From: an uncultured Acidobacteriota bacterium
GTDB taxonomy: Bacteria > Acidobacteriota > Thermoanaerobaculia > Thermoanaerobaculales > Sulfomarinibacteraceae
Reading direction: 5' to 3'
Length of the DNA stretch: 64,000 nucleotides
Assembly: GCA_963823445.1 (NCBI GenBank)
Contig: CAWGLT010000023.1
Span: forward strand, 151,018-215,017
In this document: positions 1 through 9,715 of the stretch, in pieces
Position numbering within the stretch: position 1 is the stretch's first letter
Layout: each line of letters starts with the position of its first letter
Position numbers and translations under genes: made by a program
The notes under the pieces: model-generated
The model's input: only the letters and a program-made list of their open reading frames with translations
What the model was told of the DNA's origin: nothing
Database searches by the model: none

Positions 1-43
1 TTGTCGGTGCGGATGCTGACGACCGAGAAGACGTCGGCGGGTC

Positions 44-607
44 TCAAACGGGGGTGGACGATCCGAGATCGACGAGGGTTCCCGGATCGACGCCGATCGA
101 CTTGAGGGCCGCGACCCACCTCTCGTGGTAGGGAACATCGAAGATGATCGATGTCGTGACGGGCGCCACGAGCCAGGAGTTCTCCTCGATCTCGATTTCG
201 AGCTGGCCCGGATACCACCCTGAGTATCCCAGGATCAGCGAGAATCGACCCGGGTTTTCTCCGGCGACGAATGCCGCGAGGGTGCCGGCGCTTCCGGAAA
301 CGCTCAGGCCTTCCGGGAGAATGAGATCATCGTCTTCCAGCGGGCGGTCCCCGGGTTCGGAAAGCACGAAACCATGGCTCGGCTCGACCGGTCCACCGGC
401 GAGGACCCGGGGAAGCTGGGTGGGTGGAGTCTCCAGCCCCAGCTCATCGAGGATGTCCGAGAGATCCACGTCGATGGGACGGTTGACGATGAGACCGAAG
501 GCGCCGCCTTCAAGGGAGTGGGCGCCGAGGAGAACCACCGACTGGCGGAAATTGGGATCGCCCAATGAGGGCATCGCGATGAGGAACTTGCCGACGAGAG
601 ATTCCAT
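44..607 (-). CDS. YqgE/AlgH family protein (UPF0301)
   Basis: 187-aa ORF with ATG at 607. The N-terminal pattern LIAMPSLGDPNF..SVVLL..H..GAFGLIVNRP and overall length are typical of the family. Confidence 0.8.
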   Translation of the reverse strand: MESLVGKFLIAMPSLGDPNFRQSVVLLGAHSLEGGAFGLIVNRPIDVDLSDILDELGLETPPTQLPRVLAGGPVEPSHGFVLSEPGDRPLEDDDLILPEGLSVSGSAGTLAAFVAGENPGRFSLILGYSGWYPGQLEIEIEENSWLVAPVTTSIIFDVPYHERWVAALKSIGVDPGTLVDLGSSTPV

Positions 608-649
608 GGAATCATGCTAGCAGAAGGACCGGCTGGAAGCCGGTCCGGA

Positions 650-1606
650 TCAGCGGGCCGGATCCTCTTCCTCGGTCTCGACGCGTTCGATCCTGACCAC
701 CCGCAACATCGGCTGGTCGGCGGGAACACCGGGCGGCGCCGGCGTCCGCGGAGGGGCGAACTCGAGAGTGAGTTGGACATCGCCCCTGCGCCAGACCATC
801 ACGACAAGGTCGTCGCCGCTGGCGGTCGTCGATACCGGTGCGCCGAGCGCTGCGGTCGCGGTCTCAGGGTTCGAGCGCGCGTCGATGGCGGGACCCAGTT
901 GAAGCCGATAGGGCGTATAGCGGAGAAGGTGCTCGTTGTGCATCATGACCCGGGTCAGAATCCCGTCCTGATCGAAACCGAACGCCCAGGTCAAATAGGG
1001 ACCGGCCCTGGCGGTGAGGGTGTCGCCGGTGGCGGCGTGGTCGGCGCCGAAACGAGTCTCGACCTCTGCTTGCGACCGGCCCAGCCCGATTCCGAGCAAC
1101 GCGCCGCGATCGAGATCGACCACCACCGGGGTCGCGAGCTCATCGAGGATGCTCCACACCGCGGGATCCGCGAGAAAGGCCTTTTCCCCGGGCAGAGTCA
1201 CCGCCAGGTAGAGGTCGGTGGCCCCGCTCGCGACGATCTCGCGAAAGATGGCGTACGCCTGGTCGCGATCACCGATGAGATAGGACGTTGCCTGGAGATA
1301 CAGTGCGGTTTCGACTCTCTGGGGCCGCAGGGCGACCGCTTTTCTCAACGCGATGTTCGCAGCGCCGTAATCTCCGAGGTGGAACCGGGCGCGTCCGATC
1401 TCCGCTGCCACGACATACTGTGCTTCCGGGTCTTCGAGGTCGTCAAAATGCGTCAGGAGCCCGATGACCTCTTCGTATCGGTGCTGCTGACCGAGTTGAC
1501 GAGCTTGTTCGAGCGCGGCCTCGAAGTCCTGAGCCGCGGCCGCACCGTTGACCGCCAACAGGAGCAGAGTCACGGCTGTGGTCCTGACCATACCCGACGG
1601 TAGCAT
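650..1606 (-). CDS. secreted TPR-like repeat protein (hypothetical)
   Basis: 318-aa ORF with a signal-peptide-like N-terminus (TTAVTLLLLAVNGAAAAQD) followed by TPR-like helical repeats. An alternative ATG at 1591 is possible. Confidence 0.6.
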   Translation of the reverse strand: MLPSGMVRTTAVTLLLLAVNGAAAAQDFEAALEQARQLGQQHRYEEVIGLLTHFDDLEDPEAQYVVAAEIGRARFHLGDYGAANIALRKAVALRPQRVETALYLQATSYLIGDRDQAYAIFREIVASGATDLYLAVTLPGEKAFLADPAVWSILDELATPVVVDLDRGALLGIGLGRSQAEVETRFGADHAATGDTLTARAGPYLTWAFGFDQDGILTRVMMHNEHLLRYTPYRLQLGPAIDARSNPETATAALGAPVSTTASGDDLVVMVWRRGDVQLTLEFAPPRTPAPPGVPADQPMLRVVRIERVETEEEDPAR

Positions 1607-1764
1607 TTCCCCGGAATCGTTGAACCGGGCTAGCCCGTAGTCCGGCGGAAGGGTCTGCTCCGCGAAGAATCGGACTTGCGGGTGTTACCATGAATCACAG
1701 CCTGTCCGGGGTGTTGAACTCATGCGCCGGCGGCAGGCTCAGGTGAACGCCGCAGGGAGGCGAG

Positions 1765-2103
1765 ATGGATATCGAACGGATGGAGCAGGGCGAGGTCACG
1801 ATCGTGGTCGTCCGTGGCGTGATCAGGCTCGGTGAATCGGCGAAGACCTTCTCTCGGTTTCTCGGTGAGGTGCTTGCTGAAGGGGCCGGCCCGGTCCTGA
1901 TCGACCTCGAGGGCATTGATCACGTCGACTCGACCGGTCTCGGGGAACTCGTCGGCTATCTCCAGAGGTTCGAGGAGCAGGGGCGTCGGCTGGCGTTCAT
2001 CAATCCCGCCAGGCGCCTTCGCAAGCTCTTTGAGCTGACGAAGCTCGACGAGGTGGTTCCGATTTTCGACGACCGCGCACAGGCCATCGCCGAGCTGACC
2101 TGA
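1765..2103 (+). CDS. STAS-domain anti-sigma-factor antagonist
   Basis: 112 aa with an IDLEGIDHVDSTGLGELV motif (conserved Ser) and AGGGAGG upstream of the ATG. Confidence 0.8.
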   Translation: MDIERMEQGEVTIVVVRGVIRLGESAKTFSRFLGEVLAEGAGPVLIDLEGIDHVDSTGLGELVGYLQRFEEQGRRLAFINPARRLRKLFELTKLDEVVPIFDDRAQAIAELT

Positions 2104-2133
2104 TCGACTCGGCGGGAGCGGCCGGCGGGACCT

Positions 2134-3189
2134 CTACTCCAACGGAATCTCGTGGCGCCAGCCGAACGGGTCATCGCCGATCCCGGTCTGGATGCCGACC
2201 AACGCGTCGTAGAGTTGCTGCCACCGTTCGTCGAACTCGAAGGTCCACTCACGATCGCCGTCCGCGATTCGGGAGATCCACGAAATCACTGCAGCGGTCC
2301 CGCAACATGCCGCGGACTCCAACTCGCCGAGTTCGTCGAGGGCGATCTTTCGTTTTTCGACGGTCCAGCCAAAGGACTTCGAGGCAATCTCGAGAATCGA
2401 GAGTCGAGTGACCGATGGGAGAACGCTCACCGAATCGGGTGTGATGAGCTTGCCGTCACGAAATCCGAGAAAATTGGCGGCGCCGATCTCTTCGATGTAT
2501 CGATGTTCACGGGGATCGAGGTAGAGGGCCTCGCTGAATCCGAGTTCCTTCGCTTCCTGCCCCGGCGTGAAAGAGCAGGCGTAGTTCCCGCCGGCCTTGA
2601 CGTGTCCGGAACCTTGAGGTGCTGCGCGGTCGAGGCGGCTGACCATGAACTCCTTGCCCTGATCGGGTCCGAATCCACCCTTGAAGTACGGGCCGACCGG
2701 CGTGACGAACACTCGGAAGACATACGATCGCGCCGGCTTGACCCCGACGTTGTCGCCGATCCCGAGATAAAAAGGTCGAACATAGAGGGCCGCGCCGCTG
2801 CCGTGCGGTGGGATGTAGGGGTAATTGGCCGCCGCCACCTCCTCGATGCCGCGAACAAACAGATCTTCCGGAACCTCCGGGCCGCAGAGATACCTGGCGC
2901 CGGAATTGAGCCGACGAGCGTTTTCGAGGGGACGGAATGCAAAGATCCGACCGTCCGCGCCGGTGTGGACCTTCATGCCCTCGAAGAGCTGTTGTCCGTA
3001 GTGCAGGCACTGGCTTCCCTCCGGAATGGTCATATCGGAGTCTTCGAGGAGGCCCCGCACCCGCCACACGCCGTGCTGAAACACCGCTTCGAAACGGAAG
3101 GGACACTGGATGTAATCGAAACCCAGGCTGGCAAAATCGAGGTTGGCCTTTTTGCGGTTCCCAGGATAGTAGTACCTCGGCAGGCTCAT
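2134..3189 (-). CDS. ilvE: branched-chain amino acid aminotransferase
   Basis: The conserved region starts at MSLPRYYY (ATG at 3189); the track ORF extends further upstream as GC-rich read-through. Class IV aminotransferase pattern (YGQQLFEGMK, VKAGGNY, GTAAV). Confidence 0.85.
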   Translation of the reverse strand: MSLPRYYYPGNRKKANLDFASLGFDYIQCPFRFEAVFQHGVWRVRGLLEDSDMTIPEGSQCLHYGQQLFEGMKVHTGADGRIFAFRPLENARRLNSGARYLCGPEVPEDLFVRGIEEVAAANYPYIPPHGSGAALYVRPFYLGIGDNVGVKPARSYVFRVFVTPVGPYFKGGFGPDQGKEFMVSRLDRAAPQGSGHVKAGGNYACSFTPGQEAKELGFSEALYLDPREHRYIEEIGAANFLGFRDGKLITPDSVSVLPSVTRLSILEIASKSFGWTVEKRKIALDELGELESAACCGTAAVISWISRIADGDREWTFEFDERWQQLYDALVGIQTGIGDDPFGWRHEIPLE

Positions 3190-3539
3190 GAGCCCCTCCG
3201 TTTCGTTGCTGCGTTCGGTGAGGTCGCTCGGATCCGCGACCGTCGTCTCGAGGGTGCGGATCGACGAAACCCTCGGCAGTATAGCCGGTCCCCGGCCGGC
3301 CGTCATGGGCAGAGCCCGACAATCCTCCCGGTCGTTCGAGGCCCGGTTCGACGAAACCTCGGGCGGCGGTCGACGTAAACTATTGAGATGTCGCCTTGAG
3401 TGATCGGCGTGTCCCCTCAGGAGAGCGGGCCGGCGCCGGCTGTCTTGTTCGAGCCAGGTGTGGGAAGGCGAACTCGGGTGCGCCGGTTGGCATTTTGATT
3501 GCATTTGGTGCGTTGACGACTCGGAGGAAAGGGGACGCC

Positions 3540-4142
3540 ATGTGCTCGTTCGAACTCAAGAGGATCTCGACCATTGGACTCGCAGCGGCGGTTGTCGTCG
3601 TGCTCGTCGGTTGCTCATCCGCGACACCGACCGAAGATCCCGGGATCGATCGCGTCGGAAAATACGTGGTCATGAACAAGGGCTCACAGGCGGAGGTGGC
3701 CGTCGGCTACCGCTACGCCCAGCAGAACCTGGGATCCGAGTGGTTGGTGCTCGAGGTGGCGGCGACATCGCCCCCGAAGCAAACCGCCGTGATGAGACGT
3801 GACAAGGTCTCGGTGCAGACGCCGGCCGGGGAAACCGTTCTCCTCGCGACCCAGCGCGAGTTCAACGAAGCCTATGGCGCCCTCCAATCGGTGCTCCGGG
3901 CTGCCGATGTGGTGCGCGACCCGATGGAGTATTGGCCGCCGCGGAAGAGCACCTGTGCGATCCGGTTCTTTGTCGAGCCGGGGAGTGGAGTCTCGTTCGA
4001 CGAGGTCACGGTCAATGACTTTCGGGCCTGCCAGGGGAGGTTCCTTTTCAATATCCCGGGCGGCGTTCAGGCCGGTCGGTATGTCCTGACCCTGGACCTC
4101 GACAAGAGCGAGATGGAGATCCCGATCACCTTCACGGAGTAG
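3540..4142 (+). CDS. lipoprotein, function unknown
   Basis: ATG at 3540 is preceded by GGAGGAAAGGGG. Signal peptide with lipobox (VVLVGC). Confidence 0.65.
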   Translation: MCSFELKRISTIGLAAAVVVVLVGCSSATPTEDPGIDRVGKYVVMNKGSQAEVAVGYRYAQQNLGSEWLVLEVAATSPPKQTAVMRRDKVSVQTPAGETVLLATQREFNEAYGALQSVLRAADVVRDPMEYWPPRKSTCAIRFFVEPGSGVSFDEVTVNDFRACQGRFLFNIPGGVQAGRYVLTLDLDKSEMEIPITFTE

Positions 4143-4161
4143 CCGGACTCCTACGATTACA

Positions 4162-4189
4162 AAGGGGGCCCCGCTCGGGGCCCCCTTTC
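4162..4189. terminator. bidirectional intrinsic terminator hairpin
   Basis: AAAGGGGGCCCC-GCTC-GGGGCCCCCTTT, a perfect 12-bp stem flanked by A and T runs, between convergent genes. Confidence 0.85.
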
Positions 4190-4208
4190 TTCCGTTCTGA
4201 AAAGCGGC

Positions 4209-5627
4209 TCAGGGGAAGACCCCGAGCTCGCGGTACGACACGGCGATCTTGTCGATGGCGGCGATCATCGAGGCGGTGCGGAGATCGACGCCTTCGCCCT
4301 TTGCCATCTTGATGCCCCGTATCTCATGATAGGCCTCGATCATGGTTTCCTCGAGACCCGAGTTGACGAGATCGATCTCGTCGGGGCCCTTGGCGATCTC
4401 GGCGATTTCGGCGTCGGTGAAGATCCGGTTGGTGGAGTTCTCGATGGCCGACAGGAGCATTCGGCTCGAACTCTCGACAAAGCGCTTTTCCATCCGGCCG
4501 AAGCGCACGTGCTGGAGGTTTTTCAACCACTCGAAATAAGAGACCGTGACACCGCCGGCGTTGATGTACGCGTCGGGGATGATGAGCGTGCCCCGCTCGA
4601 AAAGAAAGTGCGATGCGTCCGAGCTGATGGGACCGTTGGCCGCCTCGGCGATGATCTTGGCCTGGATCCGCGGGGCGTTGTCCATGGTGATGGCGTTTTC
4701 TAAGGCGGCTGGAATCAGGATGTCGCAGTCGATCTCGAGACCGGCGTCGCGGGAGGGAAGAGCCACGGCGCCGGGGAAACCAAGGATCGAACCGGTCGCC
4801 TTGCGATGGGCCATCAAGGACTCGACATCGATCCCGGAAGGGCAAGAGATCGAGCCCTCGTACTCGACGACACCGACGATCACCGCGCCGCCGTCCTCCT
4901 GCATGAACTTGGCGGCGTGATAGCCGACGTTGCCGAGACCCTGAACCACGACCCGTTTCCCCTCGAGACCCGGGGTCAATCCGAGCGCCCGCATGTCGTC
5001 GCCGACGAGGCAGGCTTCGCGGAGGCCGAAATAGACGCCGCGGCCGGTGGCCTCGGTCCGACCCCGGATCCCGCCCTGGCCGACCGGTTTCGCGGTGACG
5101 CAGCCCAGACCGTCGATCTCGTGCGGGTTGAGGGTCATATAGGTGTCGGCGATCCATGCCATCTCACGGCTCGAGGTCGCGAAGTCCGGCGCCGGGACAT
5201 CGAGGCCGGGGCCGATGAAGTTTTTCTTGTTGAGCTCGTAGGTATACCTGCGGGTGATGCGTTCGAGTTCTTTCACCGAGTACTCGTGGGCCGAGATCCT
5301 GACTCCGCCCTTGGCCCCGCCGAACGGGACGTTGACGATCGCGCACTTGTAGGTCATGAGAGCCGACAGCGCCATGACCTCGTCTTCGTTGACGTTGGCG
5401 GCATACCGGATGCCGCCCTTGGTGGGCAACTTGTGTTGGCTGTGTTCCGCACGCCAGGCATGGATGACCTTGAGCGAACCGTCGTCTCGGATGAGTGGGA
5501 AGGTGAAGTGAATGACGCTGTTGACGCTCTTGATCTGCTCGAGCAGTCCGGGCGGGTGGTCGGTCAATGCGGCGGCTCGATCGAAATTCTTGTTGACTTG
5601 ATCGAAAAAACTGAGATCGGCGGTCAT
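4209..5627 (-). CDS. gdh: Glu/Leu/Phe/Val-family (glutamate) dehydrogenase
   Basis: 472 aa starting at MTADLSFF (ATG at 5627, GAGGGGG SD). Motifs [15 protein letters not shown] and GLGNVG. The upstream part of the 599-aa track ORF looks non-coding. Confidence 0.9.
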   Translation of the reverse strand: MTADLSFFDQVNKNFDRAAALTDHPPGLLEQIKSVNSVIHFTFPLIRDDGSLKVIHAWRAEHSQHKLPTKGGIRYAANVNEDEVMALSALMTYKCAIVNVPFGGAKGGVRISAHEYSVKELERITRRYTYELNKKNFIGPGLDVPAPDFATSSREMAWIADTYMTLNPHEIDGLGCVTAKPVGQGGIRGRTEATGRGVYFGLREACLVGDDMRALGLTPGLEGKRVVVQGLGNVGYHAAKFMQEDGGAVIVGVVEYEGSISCPSGIDVESLMAHRKATGSILGFPGAVALPSRDAGLEIDCDILIPAALENAITMDNAPRIQAKIIAEAANGPISSDASHFLFERGTLIIPDAYINAGGVTVSYFEWLKNLQHVRFGRMEKRFVESSSRMLLSAIENSTNRIFTDAEIAEIAKGPDEIDLVNSGLEETMIEAYHEIRGIKMAKGEGVDLRTASMIAAIDKIAVSYRELGVFP

Positions 5628-5790
5628 GAGGCACCCCCTCGCAAATGATTTTACTGAAAGGCCGGGAAAGCATACCACCGACATCGCCGGCTCCGTGGCC
5701 TTCAGCCGCAGTTTGCGGATTTCTCCCGCGCTGCAACCATTGGTCGGTTGCGGCCAAGTACTGGAGATGACGGAGAATGAGAGGCTGACG

Positions 5791-6327
5791 ATGAAACGCA
5801 TGATGACGTTGACGATGGTCGTGATCGGACTCGGGATAGCCGGGATCCGCGCAGCGGAGAACGGGGGGCAAGAAATGGGCGAAGTCATTTCCGTGTGGTC
5901 GGTGGAAGAGGGGAAGATGATCTCGACTGCCAGAATCATCAAGAGCGATGACGATTGGCAGCGGGAGCTGTCTCCGGAGGTGTACAAGATCACCCGAAGA
6001 AAGGGCACCGAGATGTCGTGCTCCGGAGCCTACTGGAAGAACGATCGCGAAGGTGTCTACCGCTGCGCCGCCTGTGGGAACGATCTCTTCGTCTCGACCA
6101 CGAAGTACACGTCCGGCACGGGCTGGCCGAGCTTCTTCCAACCGGTCCACGACGCAAACATCGGCAGCGAGCGCGACACCAGTCTGGGCATGGTGCGCGT
6201 CGAGGTTCATTGCGAGCGTTGTGGATCCCACCTCGGCCACGTCTTTCCCGACGGACCGAAACCCACCGGAAAGAGGTATTGCATCAATTCGCTGGCCCTC
6301 GACTTCGTCGAGATGGAAGTCAAGTAA
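5791..6327 (+). CDS. msrB: peptide-methionine (R)-S-oxide reductase with signal peptide
   Basis: Two CxxC pairs ([21 protein letters not shown]) and GWPSF. Signal-like [18 protein letters not shown]. The start could also be ATG 5767. Confidence 0.85.
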   Translation: MKRMMTLTMVVIGLGIAGIRAAENGGQEMGEVISVWSVEEGKMISTARIIKSDDDWQRELSPEVYKITRRKGTEMSCSGAYWKNDREGVYRCAACGNDLFVSTTKYTSGTGWPSFFQPVHDANIGSERDTSLGMVRVEVHCERCGSHLGHVFPDGPKPTGKRYCINSLALDFVEMEVK

Positions 6328-6330
6328 TTT

Positions 6331-6437
6331 TCAATTATGAATTTTTAATTATGAATTATGAATTGCGGAAGCTCTTCGACACCGTCGTGAGAATCTGCGA
6401 TGGAATTCATAATTCACAATTCATAATTCATAATTGA
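6331..6437. repeat. AT-rich hairpin built from heptad repeats (GAATTAT)n / (ATAATTC)n
   Basis: The 5' arm TCAATTATGAATTTTTAATTATGAATTATGAATTGCG pairs imperfectly with the 3' arm GGAATTCATAATTCACAATTCATAATTCATAATTGA. The loop is ~30 nt of normal GC content. It sits between msrB and the next gene. Confidence 0.85.
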
Positions 6438-6441
6438 TGCC

Positions 6442-7665
6442 ATGCATACCATCAAGTTGAGCTTCGACAACGGTCGCGGGCAACAGCTCTCGGCGATCCT
6501 CGATCGTCCCGTGGACGACCGGCCCATCGCCCATGCGGTTTTCGCCCACTGTTTCACGTGCTCGAAGACCTACAAGGCCGTACGGCACATCTCGCGGGCG
6601 CTGGCGGCCGAAGGATTCGCGGTTCTCAGCTTCGACTTCACGGGTCTCGGAGACAGCGAAGGAGATTTTGCCGACACCTCGTTTTCGTCCAACGTCGATG
6701 ATGTCGTCGCCGCCGCGGAGTTTCTCGCCGGCAGCCATGGTGCGCCGGCGGTGCTCATCGGGCACTCGCTCGGAGGCGCGGCGGTGATGATGGCGGCATC
6801 GCGGATTCCGTCGGCAACGGCGGTTGTGACCATCGCGGCGCCCGCGAGTCTGGGTCATCTGTCCGAGATGCTCGAGCCGGCGCGGCCCGAGGTGAACCGA
6901 ACCGGTTCGGCCGAAATCCTGCTCGCGGGTCGACGGATCCGGATCGGCCAAGCGCTGATGGAAGATCTCGACGAGATCAAGATGGTCGACGCCATCACGG
7001 ATCTCGGTCGCGCCCTCCTCGTGATGCACTCGCCCGTCGACAGGGTCGTGGGGATCGACAATGCGTCGAGGATCTTCCGCGCCGCCAGGCACCCCAAGAG
7101 CTTCGTATCCCTCGACCGGGCCGATCACCTCCTCACCGATGCCGCGGACTCCCGCTACGCGGCCGGGGTCATCGCCAACTGGTCGAAGAAGTACATCTCC
7201 GCAAGTCAGCAGGAGGTCAAGCTGGCGACCTCCGATGACAACCGGGTGGTGGTTCGCACGGGCGCCGGCGGCTTTCGCACCGAGGTGCTCGCCAACGGCC
7301 ACCCCCTCATCGCCGATGAACCGGTCTCGGTGGGCGGCACCAACACGGGGCCGAGCCCGTACGAGCTTCTGACCGCGGCGCTCGGGGCGTGCACGAGCAT
7401 GACTCTCAGGATGTACGCCGATCGCAAGGGTTGGCCGCTCGAAGCGGCAGAGGTCCGACTCGAGCACGCCAAAATTCACTGTGTCGATTGCGCCGAGGCA
7501 TCGCAAGGGCAGCCGAAGATCGACCACATCAGTCGGGAGCTCGTGCTCGAGGGACCCCTCGACGAAGCTCAAAGGCAGCGGCTGCTCGAGATCGCCGATC
7601 GCTGTCCGGTGCACCGCACGCTGCACTCCGAGATCAGGGTCACGACGACACTCGCTGACGAGTGA
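6442..7665 (+). CDS. alpha/beta hydrolase fused to OsmC-family domain
   Basis: 407 aa. N-terminal hydrolase with GHSLGG nucleophile elbow; C-terminal OsmC-like domain (GPSPYELLTAALGACTSMT ... CPVHRTL). Confidence 0.8.
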   Translation: MHTIKLSFDNGRGQQLSAILDRPVDDRPIAHAVFAHCFTCSKTYKAVRHISRALAAEGFAVLSFDFTGLGDSEGDFADTSFSSNVDDVVAAAEFLAGSHGAPAVLIGHSLGGAAVMMAASRIPSATAVVTIAAPASLGHLSEMLEPARPEVNRTGSAEILLAGRRIRIGQALMEDLDEIKMVDAITDLGRALLVMHSPVDRVVGIDNASRIFRAARHPKSFVSLDRADHLLTDAADSRYAAGVIANWSKKYISASQQEVKLATSDDNRVVVRTGAGGFRTEVLANGHPLIADEPVSVGGTNTGPSPYELLTAALGACTSMTLRMYADRKGWPLEAAEVRLEHAKIHCVDCAEASQGQPKIDHISRELVLEGPLDEAQRQRLLEIADRCPVHRTLHSEIRVTTTLADE

Positions 7666-7673
7666 ACGCAGCT

Positions 7674-7763
7674 CAGAATTCTCAATTCTTAATTGCATCG
7701 CAAAGTGTTATTGGGACTCTGCGATGCAATTAAAAATTAAAAATCAGGAATTGAGAATTCTCG
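7674..7763. repeat. AT-rich heptad hairpin (AATTCNN)n, terminator-like
   Basis: CAGAATTCTCAATTCTTAATTGCATCGCA ... TGCGATGCAATTAAAAATTAAAAATCAGGAATTGAGAATTCTCG, between convergent genes. Confidence 0.8.
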
Positions 7764-7777
7764 CGTCGTCGGTCCCC

Positions 7778-8848
7778 TCAGGGGCCCGGCCCGGCGGCTG
7801 GGGCGGAGCCCCCGAGGAGGTTCTCCACCTTGGCGGTGGCGGTGAGGGTTTCGAGGAGTTTCCCCATCTGCGCAGTCGCCTTCTCAGTCTTGAGAAGGTC
7901 CTCGATCTGGGGTGCGGCGATCTCGAGGCTGATGGTCTCGGCCGGGCGACGATCGTTGATCGTGAGAACGTGAAATCCGAACCGCGATTGGACGACCTCG
8001 GAAATGTCTCCGGGCTCGAGCGAGAAGATCGTCTCCGACAACGGGCTGACGAGGGCGCCGCGGGTCACCCAGCCGAGATCGCCTCCACTCGGGGCCGACG
8101 GGCCTTCGGAAAGGTCTCGCGCCACGGCGGTGAAGTCTTCCTTCCCGGTGAGGGCGCGTTGCCGGGCGGCCTCGGCCTTCGCGCGGGTGGTCGCGAGGAC
8201 CGCGGGGTCGGCATCCTCGCCGACGATGAAGATCATGTGGAACGCGTGGGCGCGATCCTCGGCTTCGAAGGCCTCCGGATTGTCCTTGTAGAAGGCGGCG
8301 ATCTCCTCTTCGGTGATGGTGATGTTGGGCTTGATCTGCTTCTCGACAAAGGCGCTGAGAATTTCGAACTCCCGGATGATGTCGAGGAACTGTTCGTAGT
8401 TCGATCCGGCGGCCTTGAGCTTGGTTTCCAGCGCCGGGCGGCCACCTGCCTGCTGCTCGGCGAGTTGCGCGGATCGCGCAACCTCGAGCTCATCCGCCTT
8501 GACGCCAAAACGGCCCGCCTCTTGGACGAGGAGCTTCTGCTCGACGGCACGTTGCGTCGCAACCTTGGCGAGCTCGCGCTGGTCGACCTCCTCCCCGCGT
8601 TCCCTGAGCTGCGCCTGGAGGGTCTGCATGACCATGCTGATCTCAACCGCATAGATGGGATCTCCGTTGACCCGAAGAACCACCGGGTTCGGGGCGGTCT
8701 GGGCCGCTGCGGGGGCGGGGGCGGCCATGGGGTCCTGCTGGGTGGCGACACCCTGGTTCTGCTCGGCGCCGGCCGGTTGCTGGCCGAACGAGGGAGCGGC
8801 GCTCGAGATAAGACACACAATGGTCAGAATCGTCAAGGTCGTTCGCAT
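7778..8848 (-). CDS. SurA/PrsA-like parvulin peptidyl-prolyl isomerase
   Basis: Start at MRTTLTIL (ATG at 8848) with a signal peptide. PpiC-type domain (HAFHMIFI ... GGDLGWV ... GFHVL). Confidence 0.75.
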   Translation of the reverse strand: MRTTLTILTIVCLISSAAPSFGQQPAGAEQNQGVATQQDPMAAPAPAAAQTAPNPVVLRVNGDPIYAVEISMVMQTLQAQLRERGEEVDQRELAKVATQRAVEQKLLVQEAGRFGVKADELEVARSAQLAEQQAGGRPALETKLKAAGSNYEQFLDIIREFEILSAFVEKQIKPNITITEEEIAAFYKDNPEAFEAEDRAHAFHMIFIVGEDADPAVLATTRAKAEAARQRALTGKEDFTAVARDLSEGPSAPSGGDLGWVTRGALVSPLSETIFSLEPGDISEVVQSRFGFHVLTINDRRPAETISLEIAAPQIEDLLKTEKATAQMGKLLETLTATAKVENLLGGSAPAAGPGP

Positions 8849-8970
8849 GGAGTCACTTCCGTTTCCGCGCGGCGGCCAAAGTGCCGAGCGCAATGGCCAT
8901 AGCCTAACATCAACCCGCCGGCTCGGAGTTCAAGGTATTGTAAAAAACGCACTTCTCCCCGGCGTCGGTC

Positions 8971-9714
8971 TCAGGGGGCGGTGACGACCGCGAGATAGGA
9001 CCCGCGCTCGCCCTCGGCGGCGATCTCGACCGCGAGTCCGGCGGCGCCGGCGATGATCTCCAAGGTCTCCGGGTCGACGAAGAGCCACGGATAGCGCGGG
9101 CCTGCGAGGTTCCCGTAGCGGAGAGAAAACTCGACCTCGCCGAGATACGAATCGGGTCGCAGGAGATCGTCGAGGGTTTCGGGTGACTCGACGCCGAGCA
9201 CGGCGGCGAGATCGGCGGAATCGCAGACCAGCCGCCCTCCCGGGTTGAGAACCTTGGGGAGCTCCTCGAAGAGGCGACCGAGACCGTGGAGGTCGCCGAC
9301 GACGCCGAGGCCGTGCATGAGCATCAGCACGGTGTCGAATCGCTCGCCGACGACGAGGCTCAGATCGCCCTGGCGAGCATCCGCGACGCCGCGGTCCCTC
9401 ATGATCTCGACCGCCTCGGGCAAGAGATCGACGGCGACGACGTCGTGCCCGGCCCTCTCGAGCTCGATGGCGTGGCGGCCGGCGCCCGCGCCGAGATCGA
9501 GGACCCGGCCGCGGCAAAGCTCGAGAGCCTCGATTTCGAGCGCGGGAAGCGCCTCTTCGACCGGTCGGTAGTAGGCCGCCACCGGGGTCGGTTCATCCTC
9601 CCAGAGATCGCTCGTCACGACGATCTCGACCGCCGACTCACCGCGGTGAAAATCGAGCAGAGCCGCTCCCAGGGGGCGCCACCCGGCCGCGCGGTCGTCG
9701 ACGGAATCGTTCAC
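8971..9714 (-). CDS. class I SAM-dependent methyltransferase
   Basis: Motif I VLDLGAGAGRHAIELERAGHDVVAVD. Begins 2 nt downstream of the stop of the preceding gene on the minus strand. Confidence 0.75.
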   Translation of the reverse strand: MNDSVDDRAAGWRPLGAALLDFHRGESAVEIVVTSDLWEDEPTPVAAYYRPVEEALPALEIEALELCRGRVLDLGAGAGRHAIELERAGHDVVAVDLLPEAVEIMRDRGVADARQGDLSLVVGERFDTVLMLMHGLGVVGDLHGLGRLFEELPKVLNPGGRLVCDSADLAAVLGVESPETLDDLLRPDSYLGEVEFSLRYGNLAGPRYPWLFVDPETLEIIAGAAGLAVEIAAEGERGSYLAVVTAP

Positions 9715-9715
9715 C

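Noticed and set aside
6331-6437. The AT-rich segments (6331-6437, 7674-7763, 54014-54060) might be horizontally acquired DNA or small AT-rich genes; the track shows peptides like IMNYELR.
   Set aside because: They are only 50-110 bp, strictly 7-nt periodic and self-complementary, and confined to intergenic gaps. The apparent peptides are repeat translations in short ORFs.
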